This document shows positions 29,386 through 39,581 of a stretch of DNA of 64,000 bases, one piece after another. Under the pieces are notes generated by a model. That model saw nothing but the letters and a program-made list of their open reading frames with translations, searched no databases and was not told where the DNA came from. Position 1 is the first letter of the stretch. Each line of letters opens with the position of its first letter. The translations under genes and the position numbers were made by a program. Source of the stretch: Bythopirellula sp. (GTDB lineage: Bacteria > Planctomycetota > Planctomycetia > Pirellulales > Lacipirellulaceae); assembly GCA_041737835.1 (NCBI GenBank), contig JBGSQY010000031.1. One strand, given 5' to 3'.

Positions 29386-31362
29386 ATGAATATCCAGGCT
29401 GAACTTCGCAACCGTTTTCGCCAGGCGCTCGTAGCGCTCGATCCTCATGCCAGCCAATTCGCTGAGATGGTGCTCCCCAGCCAGGACGCCAAGTTCGGCG
29501 ACTATCAAGCCAACTGTGCAATGCCGCTGGGTAAACAGCTTGGCAAACCGCCGCGCGAAATTGCCCAGCAGCTGATCGCGTCGCTCAAGCTCGACGACCT
29601 CTGCGAAACTCCCGAGATCGCTGGCCCTGGCTTTATCAATCTGCGATTGAAGCCGCAATTCCTGATCGATCAGCTCCAACAGATGCTCGCCGACCAGCAG
29701 CAGCTGGGCGTCACGCCACAGGCCGAGCCGAAAACTATCGTCCTCGATTATTCCGCGCCCAATGTCGCCAAGCCGATGCACGTCGGGCATATTCGTTCGA
29801 CCGTCATCGGGGCGGCCCTCTATCGCGTGCTCAAGGAGTTGGGCCATCGCGTGATCAGCGACAATCACGTTGGCGATTGGGGCACGCAGTTCGGCATGAT
29901 CATCTACGGCTACAAGCATTTCGCCGATGAAGAGGTCATTGCCAAGGAACCCGTCGCCGAATTGAGTCGCATTTATCGGCTCGTGAATCAGCTGGTTGAA
30001 TATCAAGAAACCAAACGGCACAAGCTCCCCACCGTCGAAAAGCAGATCGTCGAAGAAGCTCATCGGCTGGAGAATTTGCACGACGGCACGGAGCTTGAGG
30101 ATCCTAAGCAGCGCAAAGACCATAACAAAAAGATTCAGCTCGCCGAGAATCAACTGGCAACTTTGCGCGAAACGCTCGACGAGCTTCGCAAGAAACTGGC
30201 AGCGGTCGATGAGAATCCCGAACTTGCACAACTCGCCGCGGCGCATCCCGAAATTGGTTCGGCCGTGTTGGCCGAGACGGCCGCGCTGCACGCTGGCGAC
30301 AAAACAAATCGCGGCCTGTGGGAGCGCTTCCTGCCTGCCTGCCTCGAAGCCAACGAACGGATTTATCACCGGCTCGGTGTGAAGTTCGACCACACGCTCG
30401 GCGAAAGTTTTTACGAAGATCGCTTGGCAGGTGTCGTTGCTGATCTCACGAAGAAAGGTCTCGTCACGGAAAGCGACGGGGCTAAGTGCGTCTTTCTGCC
30501 GGGGATCGATGCCCCCTTTATCGTGCAGAAAAAGGATGGCGCGTTTCTCTACGCCACGACCGATCTGGCCACGATTCAGTATCGCGTTGAAACCTGGCAG
30601 CCCGACGCGATTGCCTATGTGGTTGATCATCGCCAATCGCTGCACTTTGAGCAACTTTTTGCGACGGCGCGTAAGTGGGGCTACGACAAGATCGAACTCG
30701 AGCACGTCAGCTTCGGCACGGTGCTCGGCGAAGATGGCAAGCCGTACAAAACACGTTCCGGCACCGCCGTGGGGCTCGACGGTTTGCTCGACGAAGCCGT
30801 CGAACGAGCACACGCTATTGTTTGCGCCAACGACGATGCCCGCGAGACGCCGCTTTTGTCCATCGAAGAACGGCAACTTGTCGCCGAGCGCGTGGGCATC
30901 GGTGCGATCAAATACGCCGATCTGTCGCACAATCGCACCAGCGATTACGTGTTCAGTTACGACAAAATGCTTGCCATGCAAGGCAACACCGCGGCCTACA
31001 TGCAATACAGCTACGCCCGGGTCCGCAGCATTTTTGCGAAAGGCGCCGTCGACGTCGCCGCACTGCGTAAGCAAGCCGCGGCGGTAAAAATCGAGCAGCC
31101 TGCCGAGCGTGCCTTGGCTTTGTCGCTGCTCCAATTGAGCGAAGCCCTCGAGCGGGTCGCCGGCGATTATCGCCCCAACCATCTCACGGCTTATCTGTTT
31201 GATCTGGCGAGCAAGTACTCATCGTTCTTCGAAAATTGCCCGGTGCTCAAAGCCGAGAGCGAAGAAGTCCGCACGAGTCGCCTACTGCTCTGCGACCTGA
31301 CGGCTCGCACGATTGCCCACGGCTTGAAACTATTGGGCATCGAAGTCGTCGAGCGAATGTAG
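29386..31362 (+). CDS. argS: Arginyl-tRNA synthetase
   Basis: FGDYQAN, HVGH, GDWGTQFG, GNTAAYMQY. Confidence 0.97.
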   Translation: MNIQAELRNRFRQALVALDPHASQFAEMVLPSQDAKFGDYQANCAMPLGKQLGKPPREIAQQLIASLKLDDLCETPEIAGPGFINLRLKPQFLIDQLQQMLADQQQLGVTPQAEPKTIVLDYSAPNVAKPMHVGHIRSTVIGAALYRVLKELGHRVISDNHVGDWGTQFGMIIYGYKHFADEEVIAKEPVAELSRIYRLVNQLVEYQETKRHKLPTVEKQIVEEAHRLENLHDGTELEDPKQRKDHNKKIQLAENQLATLRETLDELRKKLAAVDENPELAQLAAAHPEIGSAVLAETAALHAGDKTNRGLWERFLPACLEANERIYHRLGVKFDHTLGESFYEDRLAGVVADLTKKGLVTESDGAKCVFLPGIDAPFIVQKKDGAFLYATTDLATIQYRVETWQPDAIAYVVDHRQSLHFEQLFATARKWGYDKIELEHVSFGTVLGEDGKPYKTRSGTAVGLDGLLDEAVERAHAIVCANDDARETPLLSIEERQLVAERVGIGAIKYADLSHNRTSDYVFSYDKMLAMQGNTAAYMQYSYARVRSIFAKGAVDVAALRKQAAAVKIEQPAERALALSLLQLSEALERVAGDYRPNHLTAYLFDLASKYSSFFENCPVLKAESEEVRTSRLLLCDLTARTIAHGLKLLGIEVVERM

Positions 31363-31391
31363 GGATTTACTTTTCACATTCTGTCTCCTAG

Positions 31392-31757
31392 CCGGACTGC
31401 CACGCAGTCCGGATTCGCTGAAAGTCCCCAGCGCAGCGCCAATGAAAGTCAATGAGCGGTTCCACAATCTTCTCCGGTCACTGATGTTCACGGCTCGCCT
31501 ATTTTATTCGTGCAATTCGTTTGATTCGTGGTTCCTCTCCCACAGAGGGGTGGCCAAAAATCGTCGTAGCATCGCGCTCATAAATCACGATAATGGGGTC
31601 TTATTGTTAGCCGCGACGTGTCGCGAAGCTCCGCGGAGCGAGTGAATTGTCTTGTAGGCCGGCCCGTGTAACACGAGTTTCGGCAAGAAGAGGGGGGGAC
31701 GTTAAAACATTTTTCGATGAGGCATTGCCGGAACCTCGTAAAACTCGTTCCGGCCTT
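31392..31757. repeat. Intergenic cluster of palindromic REP-like elements
   Basis: CCGGACTGC-CAC-GCAGTCCGG (31392-31412); ATTCGTGCAATTCGTTTGATTCGTGGTT (31506-31533); GTAGGCCGG...TTCGGCAA / TTGCCGGAA...TTCCGGCCT doublet (31654-31757). Confidence 0.65.
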
Positions 31758-31883
31758 TATGCAAAGCATTTACTTTTGCTTCTATAACTTCTGCCGCAAA
31801 CATGAGACAATCAAGCAGACCCAGCAATGGCCGCTGGGATTGCTGACAAGCAATGGACTTGAATTGCTGGAAAGGGTGGCAGA

Positions 31884-32048
31884 ATGAAATCAATCAGTGC
31901 ATCGCTGGTCTTATTGTCCGGTGCGTTAATGCTGATGGCCGCCAGCTTGAGTCAAGGCGATCTCAGGGACGTTACATCGATGCTCGGGTTCATCGTGGTA
32001 CTTGTCGGTTTGATAGTGTGGGTGGTGACGGTGTTCAAGAAAGATTAG
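31884..32048 (+). CDS. 54-aa two-helix membrane microprotein (not in ORF track)
   Basis: MKSISASLVLLSGALMLMAASLSQGDLRDVTSMLGFIVVLVGLIVWVVTVFKKD; purine-rich RBS. Confidence 0.55.
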   Translation: MKSISASLVLLSGALMLMAASLSQGDLRDVTSMLGFIVVLVGLIVWVVTVFKKD

Positions 32049-32177
32049 CCCCAAAAATACCGACAGTGCCCGCGAATAAGCCCTGCCAAGTTGGAAGAGT
32101 CGGACAACTTGGAAGTCTTGAAATGAGACGCCAAGAAGGGAGAGCCTACAAGCCAGCGTTCAAAAACTGCTCGCGAA

Positions 32178-33203
32178 TCAACCCGTAGGTTTGCCCTCAT
32201 ACTTACCGAACACCATACGCCCCGCGCTGGTTTGCAAAACGCTCGTCACGTTCGCCATGATATTTTGATTGACATAATCGCGGCCACCCTCGATGACCAC
32301 CATCGTGCCGTCTTCGAGGTAGCCGACCCCTTGGCCGGGCTCTTCGCCCGCTTTGATGATGCGAACTTCCAAGTGCTCGCCGGGCAGGAAGATCGGCTTG
32401 AGAGCGTTGGAAAGGTCGTTAAGATTGATCACCCCCACGCTATGAAGCTTTGCCACTTTGTTGAGGTTGTAGTCGTTGGTCACGACCTTGCCTTCCAAAT
32501 GCTTGGCGAGCAACACGAGTTTTTGATCGACCGATTGCCCGGCAAATTGGGGCAGTTCGCGATCGAAGATTTGCAGATCAACCTTGGGATCGGAGCGCAA
32601 ACGATTGAGAATGTCGAGCCCGCGGCGGCCGCGCCCGCGACGCAGTCGGTCGCTGGAATCGGCGATCGCCTGCAACTCGGCAACGACGAACTGGGGCATG
32701 ATCAGCTGATTGTCGATGATGTGCGTTTCCACGACGTCGGCAATCCGGCCGTCGATGACAACGCTGGTATCGAGCACGTAAGGTTTGAGCCCTTTGATTT
32801 CCTTGGCAAATTCAACGTAAGGAATGATGAAGCGAAAATCGTCCTTGGTCTGCATGAGAATACTAATGCACGTATAGCACATGACCATGCCGAGAATCAC
32901 GGGGATCCATTGCGCGAGCAGTGTTCCCGCGCGGGGGAGCATCGGACTGAGCGCCAATTGCAACACGTAAGTCAGCAGCAGTCCGATCAACAAGCCAAAG
33001 TAGACCGCAGTGATCGTATCGAGCCGTTTGCGCCCCGCGAGAACGTCAATCGCGATCACTCCCACGGCCAGCAGGACCAACCCGCCAAAGACCATGTAGG
33101 GGATCAACGCGGAGTCGCGCGAGAGCTCGTCGGAATTGATGAGTTGAAAACCAATACCCGCTGCCACGAGTACAAAAAAGCAGCGTAAAATTACAAGAGC
33201 CAT
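32178..33203 (-). CDS. Membrane-anchored PIN/TRAM domain protein (YacL-like)
   Basis: N-terminal TM helices; LDTSVVIDGRI; TNDYNLNKVA; GVGYLEDGTMVV. Confidence 0.93.
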   Translation of the reverse strand: MALVILRCFFVLVAAGIGFQLINSDELSRDSALIPYMVFGGLVLLAVGVIAIDVLAGRKRLDTITAVYFGLLIGLLLTYVLQLALSPMLPRAGTLLAQWIPVILGMVMCYTCISILMQTKDDFRFIIPYVEFAKEIKGLKPYVLDTSVVIDGRIADVVETHIIDNQLIMPQFVVAELQAIADSSDRLRRGRGRRGLDILNRLRSDPKVDLQIFDRELPQFAGQSVDQKLVLLAKHLEGKVVTNDYNLNKVAKLHSVGVINLNDLSNALKPIFLPGEHLEVRIIKAGEEPGQGVGYLEDGTMVVIEGGRDYVNQNIMANVTSVLQTSAGRMVFGKYEGKPTG

Positions 33204-33340
33204 AAAGATCGGCCAAGTTATGAATGATGTTGGCGTGCGCTCGCAAAAATGATGGCAAGCCGCTCGCCAGAAAAATGATATTACCCCGCATATATTCTAG
33301 CACGCTCGGCTAAGCGAGTCAGCCCAGGCCGTGCTAGGGA

Positions 33341-34462
33341 TTAGCGGCGATGCTCACCCAAGGCAAAACGGTCGGTCATACTGGCCAGATAATCGCAGAC
33401 GGAACGCGAAACGCCGTCTTCCGCCAAACGGGCTTGAAATTTGGGTGGCAGAGTTTTTGGATTAGCCGAGTAGCGGTTAAAGAGTTCCAGAACTGCCTGT
33501 TCGGCTAGGGACCGTTCAGCCAAAACATTCGGATGCCGGTAAACTCGCTCAAACAGAAAGCGTTCCAATTCCGACTTTTTCGCCAGGATTGCATCCGACG
33601 GGGTGATGAGACGCAATGGCGCTGAAGTGACTTGAGACACACTTTGTATCTCGTATTCCGTGAGTTGGGTTTTGGTATTTTCAACCAAGTCGCTAACCAA
33701 GAATTCAATCAGCCGATGAATCACGGCGCGGCGAAATCGCTCTGTATCAAGCGCGGGGTAACGCGAACGAACATCATCCGCTGCTTGCTGCCACAACGGC
33801 ACCGCCAACAAGTCGTCCAAATCAAGCAGGCCCAACTCCAAGGCATCATCGGCATCGTGCGTGTCGTAGGCAATACTGTCCGCCGCGTCGACCACTTGCA
33901 CTTCCAACAACGGCATCGCTTGTTGTGAGATCCGATGCTCCTTCGTACGGGTTCGCTGGCCGGAAAGAACTTCGCTGGAAAGATTGAGCCCCGCGAATTC
34001 TGGATAGCGAGTTTCCAGTAGCGTGGCGATTCGCAGGGCGTGTTGATTGTGGTTGAAGCCTCCGCAATCACGGCAACACTCAGCGAGCACGGCTTCCCCC
34101 GCATGCCCAAAGGGCGGGTGGCCAATATCGTGCATTAAGGCGAGGGCTTCGATCAAATCTTCGTTGAGTCGAAGTTCGCGGCCAATCGTTCTTGCGATCG
34201 AGGCGACTTCCAATGTGTGAGTCAAACGCGACCGATGATAATCGCCGAGTTCCCCGGTGAAGACTTGCGTCTTGTGGGCCATACGGCGAAAGGCGCTGCT
34301 GTGAACGATGCGGTCACGATCGCGCTGAAACGGCCCGCGATACGGATGGGCCTGCTCGGGGTGTTCGCGGCCAGCCGTGTCGGCACTGTGCATCGCGAAA
34401 GACGCGAGCAGCGCGGCCTCGCGTTCCACGGTCGACTCGGCAGCGAACAGATCACGAGTCAT
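33341..34462 (-). CDS. dgt: dGTP triphosphohydrolase-like HD protein
   Basis: FQRDRDRIVHSSAFRR, KTQVF, HDIGHPPFGH, ADSIAYDTHD. Confidence 0.93.
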   Translation of the reverse strand: MTRDLFAAESTVEREAALLASFAMHSADTAGREHPEQAHPYRGPFQRDRDRIVHSSAFRRMAHKTQVFTGELGDYHRSRLTHTLEVASIARTIGRELRLNEDLIEALALMHDIGHPPFGHAGEAVLAECCRDCGGFNHNQHALRIATLLETRYPEFAGLNLSSEVLSGQRTRTKEHRISQQAMPLLEVQVVDAADSIAYDTHDADDALELGLLDLDDLLAVPLWQQAADDVRSRYPALDTERFRRAVIHRLIEFLVSDLVENTKTQLTEYEIQSVSQVTSAPLRLITPSDAILAKKSELERFLFERVYRHPNVLAERSLAEQAVLELFNRYSANPKTLPPKFQARLAEDGVSRSVCDYLASMTDRFALGEHRR

Positions 34463-34997
34463 TCGTCAAAGCCTCCCACAAAGCTTCCAGCGATTGCGAG
34501 ATCACCCGCGTTCCCGCCGTGGTGGGCATGAAGTTGTTGTCCCCCGGCCAGCGCGGCACCAAATGCCAATGCAAATGGCCAGGAACACCCGCCCCGGCGA
34601 TGCGTCCCAAATTGAGGCCAATGTTGAAGCCCTCGGCGGAAATCAATTTGGCAAGCCGCTTGGTGTAATGACTCAGCGCCGCCATCGCGGCGAGATGCTC
34701 GTCGCTTGTCAGCTCGCTCAGCTCCGCCACGTGTCGCAACGGGGCGACCAGCAAGTGGCCGTTGTTATAGGGATAGCGATTGAGCAATGTCACGCAGTGA
34801 TCGTCGCGAGCGATAACCAGATTCTGCTGATTTGCTGCGCTGGCATCGGCGTAATCACCGGCCACGCGGCATAGAAAACAACCGTGGTCGGCCCCCGCTT
34901 GCCACGTGTTTGGCAGAATCTGAGTCTCCTCGCTCTTATCACCGGCAGCGATATAACCGATTCTCCAAGGCGCCCAGATTCGCTGTTCGTCTATCAC
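34452..34997 (-). CDS. HIT family hydrolase
   Basis: NRYPYNNGHLLVAP; HLHWHLVPRW. Confidence 0.93.
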   Translation of the reverse strand: MIDEQRIWAPWRIGYIAAGDKSEETQILPNTWQAGADHGCFLCRVAGDYADASAANQQNLVIARDDHCVTLLNRYPYNNGHLLVAPLRHVAELSELTSDEHLAAMAALSHYTKRLAKLISAEGFNIGLNLGRIAGAGVPGHLHWHLVPRWPGDNNFMPTTAGTRVISQSLEALWEALTNDS

Positions 34998-35146
34998 AAT
35001 TGTTTTCTCAGAGTGCTATCAGATACCCCGTCAGTGGAAAATTTAGGGGTGGGAGTGCCCTGAAGCAATACCGACCTCTGCTAGCCGCCACATGGGCTGG
35101 TGCAAAGTTCAGCAAGCAAGCATAATCCCTGCCCTGATTTTCCTAA

Positions 35147-35225
35147 TTAACCACGAATCAAACGAATGACACGAATGAAGAAGTACTGAACAACTATTCG
35201 TGCTATTCGTTAGATCCGTGGTTAA
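35147..35225. repeat. Palindromic miniature element with 9-bp internal periodicity
   Basis: TTAACCACGAATCAAACGAATGACACGAAT ... ATTCGTGCTATTCGTTAGATCCGTGGTTAA. Confidence 0.75.
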
Positions 35226-35241
35226 TAAATAACGGTATGAA

Positions 35242-36006
35242 TTGATGCGATTTCGCGTGCAACTCGATATGTTTGCCGGGCCCTTGGACCTGCTCTGGTA
35301 TCTGGTGCGCAAACAGGAACTCGACATTCTGGATATCCCCATCGCACTCGTGACCGAGCAATATCTCGAACTGCTCTCAGTCCTTGAGGTGATCGACGTC
35401 AACGCCGTGGGAGATTTCCTCGAGCTCGCGACTCGGCTCATGGAGATTAAATCCCGACTGATGCTCCCCCGGCACGAGGAAGAGCAAGAAGCCGAGCAGC
35501 AGGTCGAAGACCCGCGCCACGATATCGTGCAGCGGCTGTTGGAATATAAGAAGTACAAAGACGCTGCTAGCATGCTGGCCGAGCGCGGTCAGCTTTGGCA
35601 GCAGCGTTTTGCCCGACGTGCCAACGATCTACCCACGGTTGGAATCAATCCCGCGGAGCAGGAAATCCGCGAAGTGGAAATGTGGGACTTGGTCAGTGCC
35701 TTCGCGCGTGTGATCCGCGACAACGCGGTCGCCAAGCCGTCGGCTATTCGCTACGACGATACGCCCATCGAAGTCTACATGGATCAGATCCGCGAACGCT
35801 TGGCCACCGAGTCGCCGCTCGCCTTCACAAGCCTCTTTCCACCGGGGATCATTCGGTCGCAACTAACCGGCATGTTCCTCGCCGTTCTGGAACTCATTCG
35901 GCACCATCATGTGGGGGTCGAGCAGGAAGATTTGTTTGGCGAGATTTGGATCTTCGCCAAAGCCGCCGAAGCGGTCGACGTCGACCAGCAGGAACAAGCG
36001 GCGTAG
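35242..36006 (+). CDS. scpA: Segregation and condensation protein A
   Basis: FAGPLDLLWYLVRKQELDI; FLAVLELIR. Confidence 0.95.
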   Translation: MMRFRVQLDMFAGPLDLLWYLVRKQELDILDIPIALVTEQYLELLSVLEVIDVNAVGDFLELATRLMEIKSRLMLPRHEEEQEAEQQVEDPRHDIVQRLLEYKKYKDAASMLAERGQLWQQRFARRANDLPTVGINPAEQEIREVEMWDLVSAFARVIRDNAVAKPSAIRYDDTPIEVYMDQIRERLATESPLAFTSLFPPGIIRSQLTGMFLAVLELIRHHHVGVEQEDLFGEIWIFAKAAEAVDVDQQEQAA

Positions 36007-36144
36007 CATCGGCGTCTCCATCCGCTAAACAGCCAGGGGCTAAGCGGTTACAATCGTGAGCGATTCGCGCCGGGAATGGTTCCTGGAGGACCGATCATGG
36101 AGGTCTCCGTCGGGGAGTGAAAAGTGCGTTTAATTTGGCAACCT

Positions 36145-37245
36145 ATGGTGAGTAGCTCAACTACTGCTGGCAGAAATCAATATTTCAGTGTCATTGGCGT
36201 GGCGTTTGCCTTAGTGGTGTTTGGTTTAAGCCGGGCATCCGCCATTGAAGCGGGAATGCCCAATCCCCCCGGCTCCCCGACTGTCGTGAAGGTTGGAGTC
36301 TTCATAGCCGACGTGATCGAACTGAACGAGGTGGATGAAACTTTTCAAGCAGAAATTGTTGTGATGGCGGAATGGAATGACCCACGCTTGGCTTTCGATC
36401 CGGCCGAAGAGGGGACGGACGTCAAACTCTTTCAGGGGCAGTACCAGTTCAACGAAGTCTACGCGGGGTGGTGGCCCCAACTGGTGATTGTCAATGAAAT
36501 CGGCTCGGGGGACGTCAACGCCATCACTATTCGAGTCCATCCCGACGGGCGAGTCCACTATCTGGAGCAGCGGAGCATTACGTTGGAGACTCCCATGAAA
36601 CTCCAACCGTTTCCGTTCGACACCCAAGTGCTCGAGGCAAAAATGATTGCCTTTGGCAACTATAGCGACTCAGTGGTGTTCGAAGTGGACGAGCAGATGG
36701 TGAATGCGACCGAGGAACACGTCCTCAGCAACGAACAGATCAACATCGCCCAATGGCGCCTGATCAACCTCGATCAGGTGGCCGAGCTTGCGGACTTTCG
36801 CTATTACGGTCGTCCCAAGCAGATTTCGGTGCTCCGCTTCAACATCACTCTCGTGCGCGAGTCGGCCAATATCATTTGGAAGGTGATCGTCCCGCTAATC
36901 GTCCTCGTGCTGTTGATGTGGGCCGTCTTTTGGATGGAAGTTGACAATCTGGCAGATCGTTTGAATATCTCCTTCATTGGAATCCTCACGATCGTGGCCT
37001 ATCAGTTCCTGATCGATGGCACGATGCCTCGTATCGCCTACTTCACATTCACCGATACCGTGTTGATCTACTCTTTCCTGGTGATGTGTTTGGCAATCGT
37101 GGAGAGTCTAATCCTCTATTCGCTCTGCAAGGCGGGACGTAAGCCGCTGGCCGAGAAAGTGGACCGTGCGGCCCAGTGGATGTTTCCGATTCTCTATTTT
37201 GCCGGACTTTTGATTAGCTATTTCTACTACATCTACAGCTATTAA
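36145..37245 (+). CDS. Prokaryotic pentameric ligand-gated ion channel (GLIC/ELIC-like)
   Basis: WNDPRLAF, WWPQLVIVN, PFPFDTQ, four C-terminal TM helices. Confidence 0.88.
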   Translation: MVSSSTTAGRNQYFSVIGVAFALVVFGLSRASAIEAGMPNPPGSPTVVKVGVFIADVIELNEVDETFQAEIVVMAEWNDPRLAFDPAEEGTDVKLFQGQYQFNEVYAGWWPQLVIVNEIGSGDVNAITIRVHPDGRVHYLEQRSITLETPMKLQPFPFDTQVLEAKMIAFGNYSDSVVFEVDEQMVNATEEHVLSNEQINIAQWRLINLDQVAELADFRYYGRPKQISVLRFNITLVRESANIIWKVIVPLIVLVLLMWAVFWMEVDNLADRLNISFIGILTIVAYQFLIDGTMPRIAYFTFTDTVLIYSFLVMCLAIVESLILYSLCKAGRKPLAEKVDRAAQWMFPILYFAGLLISYFYYIYSY

Positions 37246-37261
37246 GAAAAAAGTAGAAACA

Positions 37262-37306
37262 ACAAAAAAGGTGACAGAACGATTCTACAATCCGTTCCGT
37301 CACCTT
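37262..37306 (-). terminator. Intrinsic terminator between convergent genes
   Basis: AAGGTGAC.GAACG / CGTTC.GTCACCTT hairpin with T-tract on minus strand. Confidence 0.7.
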
Positions 37307-37342
37307 ACTGACTGAGGAATCTCTTGCTAGGTCGCAATAAAA

Positions 37343-38476
37343 CTATTTGTGAAGCGCTGTTGCAATGTTCTCGCCCGTCGGAGTAACGAGCGACTCGATT
37401 TGTTCGTTTCCTTGCATCGAAAATGTGACGATCTCGTCGGCGTTGAGATTCATAGCCGCAAGATCAATCATGCGAATTTGACTGTTTTCGTGAGTGCGAA
37501 AGTAGAACCGCTTCGCCTTTAAGTCGCAGGCACAGGTCCACTGTGTGATTTCGCAAACATCGTTCCCATGATCGCCGTTCGTCAGTTCGCGGGTCGAACC
37601 ACGCGGAATGTCGAAATTATTCAGGACATGGAATGCCGCCAGCAGGGATTGTTCGCCGTTGGACGTTGGCTCCATCGACTGGCTGTACGCCACGGCCCGC
37701 ACAAATCGCGACGGAGGTGTGTAGTCGCCTGGTAGTCCCAACATCCCGGAACCCTGCCCAAAACTATCGAGTGTTAGGCCGTCCAATTTCAACGGCGGGG
37801 CAAGCAACGGGGACATCTTCACATAGTTCCGGAGGTTCGTCATGTGCCAATCAAAAGTCGGGCAGTTCGTGAGCACCCCGATCGGATTATCGAAGATACG
37901 CGGCGCACCATCGGTGTATTCGATGACGATACTCTTGCCAGTTGCGTCCATCACCAAGTAATGCACGCCAGGACTAATGCCCATCTGCTTGAGCACCACG
38001 GCCGGGACAACTACCTTGTTCACGCCTTCACGAACTTCGTCGAGGGTCGCAAAATTGTCCAGAATGTACGCGCCGAGTTCGACCGCGGAAAGTGTCTGGT
38101 TGGAATCCTTCGCGTCATAGGGCATATACTCTGCCATGTCGGGAAAATAGAATAATCCTACGGCCAAGCCCTTCTCGTTGACGCCGTTGAGCATCACGGG
38201 CAATCCAAACGCATTCGCACCAACGCTCGCGTACTTGGCTGTCCACTTCATGCCAGGCGCACCATCCGGCGTGCTGCCCGTGCGAGAATACCCGCGGGGT
38301 ACGACAATCACCTCTGAATCAAGAGGCATCCCAAATTCGAGCGTGCGAGCTTGGATCACTGTGCCATCGCTGGCCGTCACGCGTATGCCGGTGCAGGCCA
38401 TCGTCGGCGTTGCGAGCAAAGCGACAAGCATGCCAATAGCGAACGAGAATTTGGTGATTTTGTGGTTCAACAACAT
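37343..38476 (-). CDS. Choloylglycine hydrolase/penicillin V acylase family Ntn-hydrolase, secreted
   Basis: Signal peptide then CTG; ARTLEF, GVNEKGL, LTNCP, GLPGDYTPPSRFVRA. Confidence 0.93.
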   Translation of the reverse strand: MLLNHKITKFSFAIGMLVALLATPTMACTGIRVTASDGTVIQARTLEFGMPLDSEVIVVPRGYSRTGSTPDGAPGMKWTAKYASVGANAFGLPVMLNGVNEKGLAVGLFYFPDMAEYMPYDAKDSNQTLSAVELGAYILDNFATLDEVREGVNKVVVPAVVLKQMGISPGVHYLVMDATGKSIVIEYTDGAPRIFDNPIGVLTNCPTFDWHMTNLRNYVKMSPLLAPPLKLDGLTLDSFGQGSGMLGLPGDYTPPSRFVRAVAYSQSMEPTSNGEQSLLAAFHVLNNFDIPRGSTRELTNGDHGNDVCEITQWTCACDLKAKRFYFRTHENSQIRMIDLAAMNLNADEIVTFSMQGNEQIESLVTPTGENIATALHK

Positions 38477-38753
38477 AACAGTCTCCTAACAGGTGTGGCT
38501 CGTGTGCGAACCAGACCGCCGTTGCAACATCGCCACGCTAGTGGACGGCCAGTCTGCGGTCTGCCGAATCGCCCAACAAGTATAGGGCGCTATTGCTGCG
38601 TCGAGACTGATTCCAAATGTGGCGAATTCCACGATTCGGGCGATGTTAAGGGAGACGGCAGGAGAGGTCCATTGCCGCAGTTCCAAACCGCGTCATCAGC
38701 CTCTGTTTTGACGACGACTAGGCCGCGTTAACGCAGCAAATAACCGACACCCT

Positions 38754-39581
38754 TTACAGTGTCCTCGCGTTGTGCTTCCAGAGTTCCTCGTCCTTTAGAA
38801 TGGAAGCGTTAGGAAGTGCTGCTCGCAGTCTGTTGACGCCGTCTTGCGTTACCTGCTTGCAACCCGAAACATCGATAATCTCCCAATCTTTCTTTGCAGC
38901 AAGAAGCTGAATTCCTTCGTCGGTCAATTGGTCGCAACCGTTGAGTTCGAGACGTCGTAAATTTTTGACTTCAGCGAGCTTCGGCAGGGCTGCATCGGTA
39001 ATCTGGAAGCTCTGTAAAAAGCTGAGTTCACGGAGCGATGTAATCGAGCTGATGCTGTCGACCGCACGGTCTGTAATGTTGGGGCAGGCCCACAGGCGAA
39101 GGAAGTCGAGCTTCTTCAATTCTTTGAGATGCAGCAGCCCATCGTCGGTGATGTTTGGATTCTCGTCGAGGATGAGAAATGTCAGGGTAGGTATTTTTCC
39201 AATTTGTTCGAGGCCAGCATCGGTGATGGCAGGACATCTGCCAAGATCGAGTTCTTCGAGGTTTGGCAAATTGAGTTTGGCAAGCTCGGCCAACCCAGCA
39301 TCAGTGATTTTCGACGGATACGCGGCCCACCCCCCTTGAAAGTCGATTCTCTGCAAGTTAACGAGTCGGCTCAAGGACGGAATTTCGACATCCGACAGTG
39401 TTCGCGCTCGAATTGACGACTCGGTGACGAATAGTCGTTCGACATCTGTTTTCGTGTTTACGACAGGCGGATAATCTCCGCAGCCGACACTGAAAAGTGT
39501 AGTAAATGTGACAAGCACTGCGACATTCAGCAAAATCCGCATGTGAGAATGCATATTGCGACAGGAATTTTTATTGCACAC
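38754..39581 (-). CDS. Leucine-rich repeat (AMN1-like) lipoprotein
   Basis: Repeated L..L.L..C..ITD.GL units; lipobox-like VGC; start may be 39542. Confidence 0.85.
   Translation of the reverse strand: MCNKNSCRNMHSHMRILLNVAVLVTFTTLFSVGCGDYPPVVNTKTDVERLFVTESSIRARTLSDVEIPSLSRLVNLQRIDFQGGWAAYPSKITDAGLAELAKLNLPNLEELDLGRCPAITDAGLEQIGKIPTLTFLILDENPNITDDGLLHLKELKKLDFLRLWACPNITDRAVDSISSITSLRELSFLQSFQITDAALPKLAEVKNLRRLELNGCDQLTDEGIQLLAAKKDWEIIDVSGCKQVTQDGVNRLRAALPNASILKDEELWKHNARTL

Noticed and set aside
29320-31182. 620-aa minus-strand ORF
   Set aside because: Antisense shadow of argS
32232-33188. 318-aa plus-strand ORF
   Set aside because: Shadow of the PIN/TRAM gene
33341-34462. dGTPase as an antiphage gene
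   Set aside because: Sits in a HIT-dgt-PIN/TRAM run with core-like composition; more likely housekeeping
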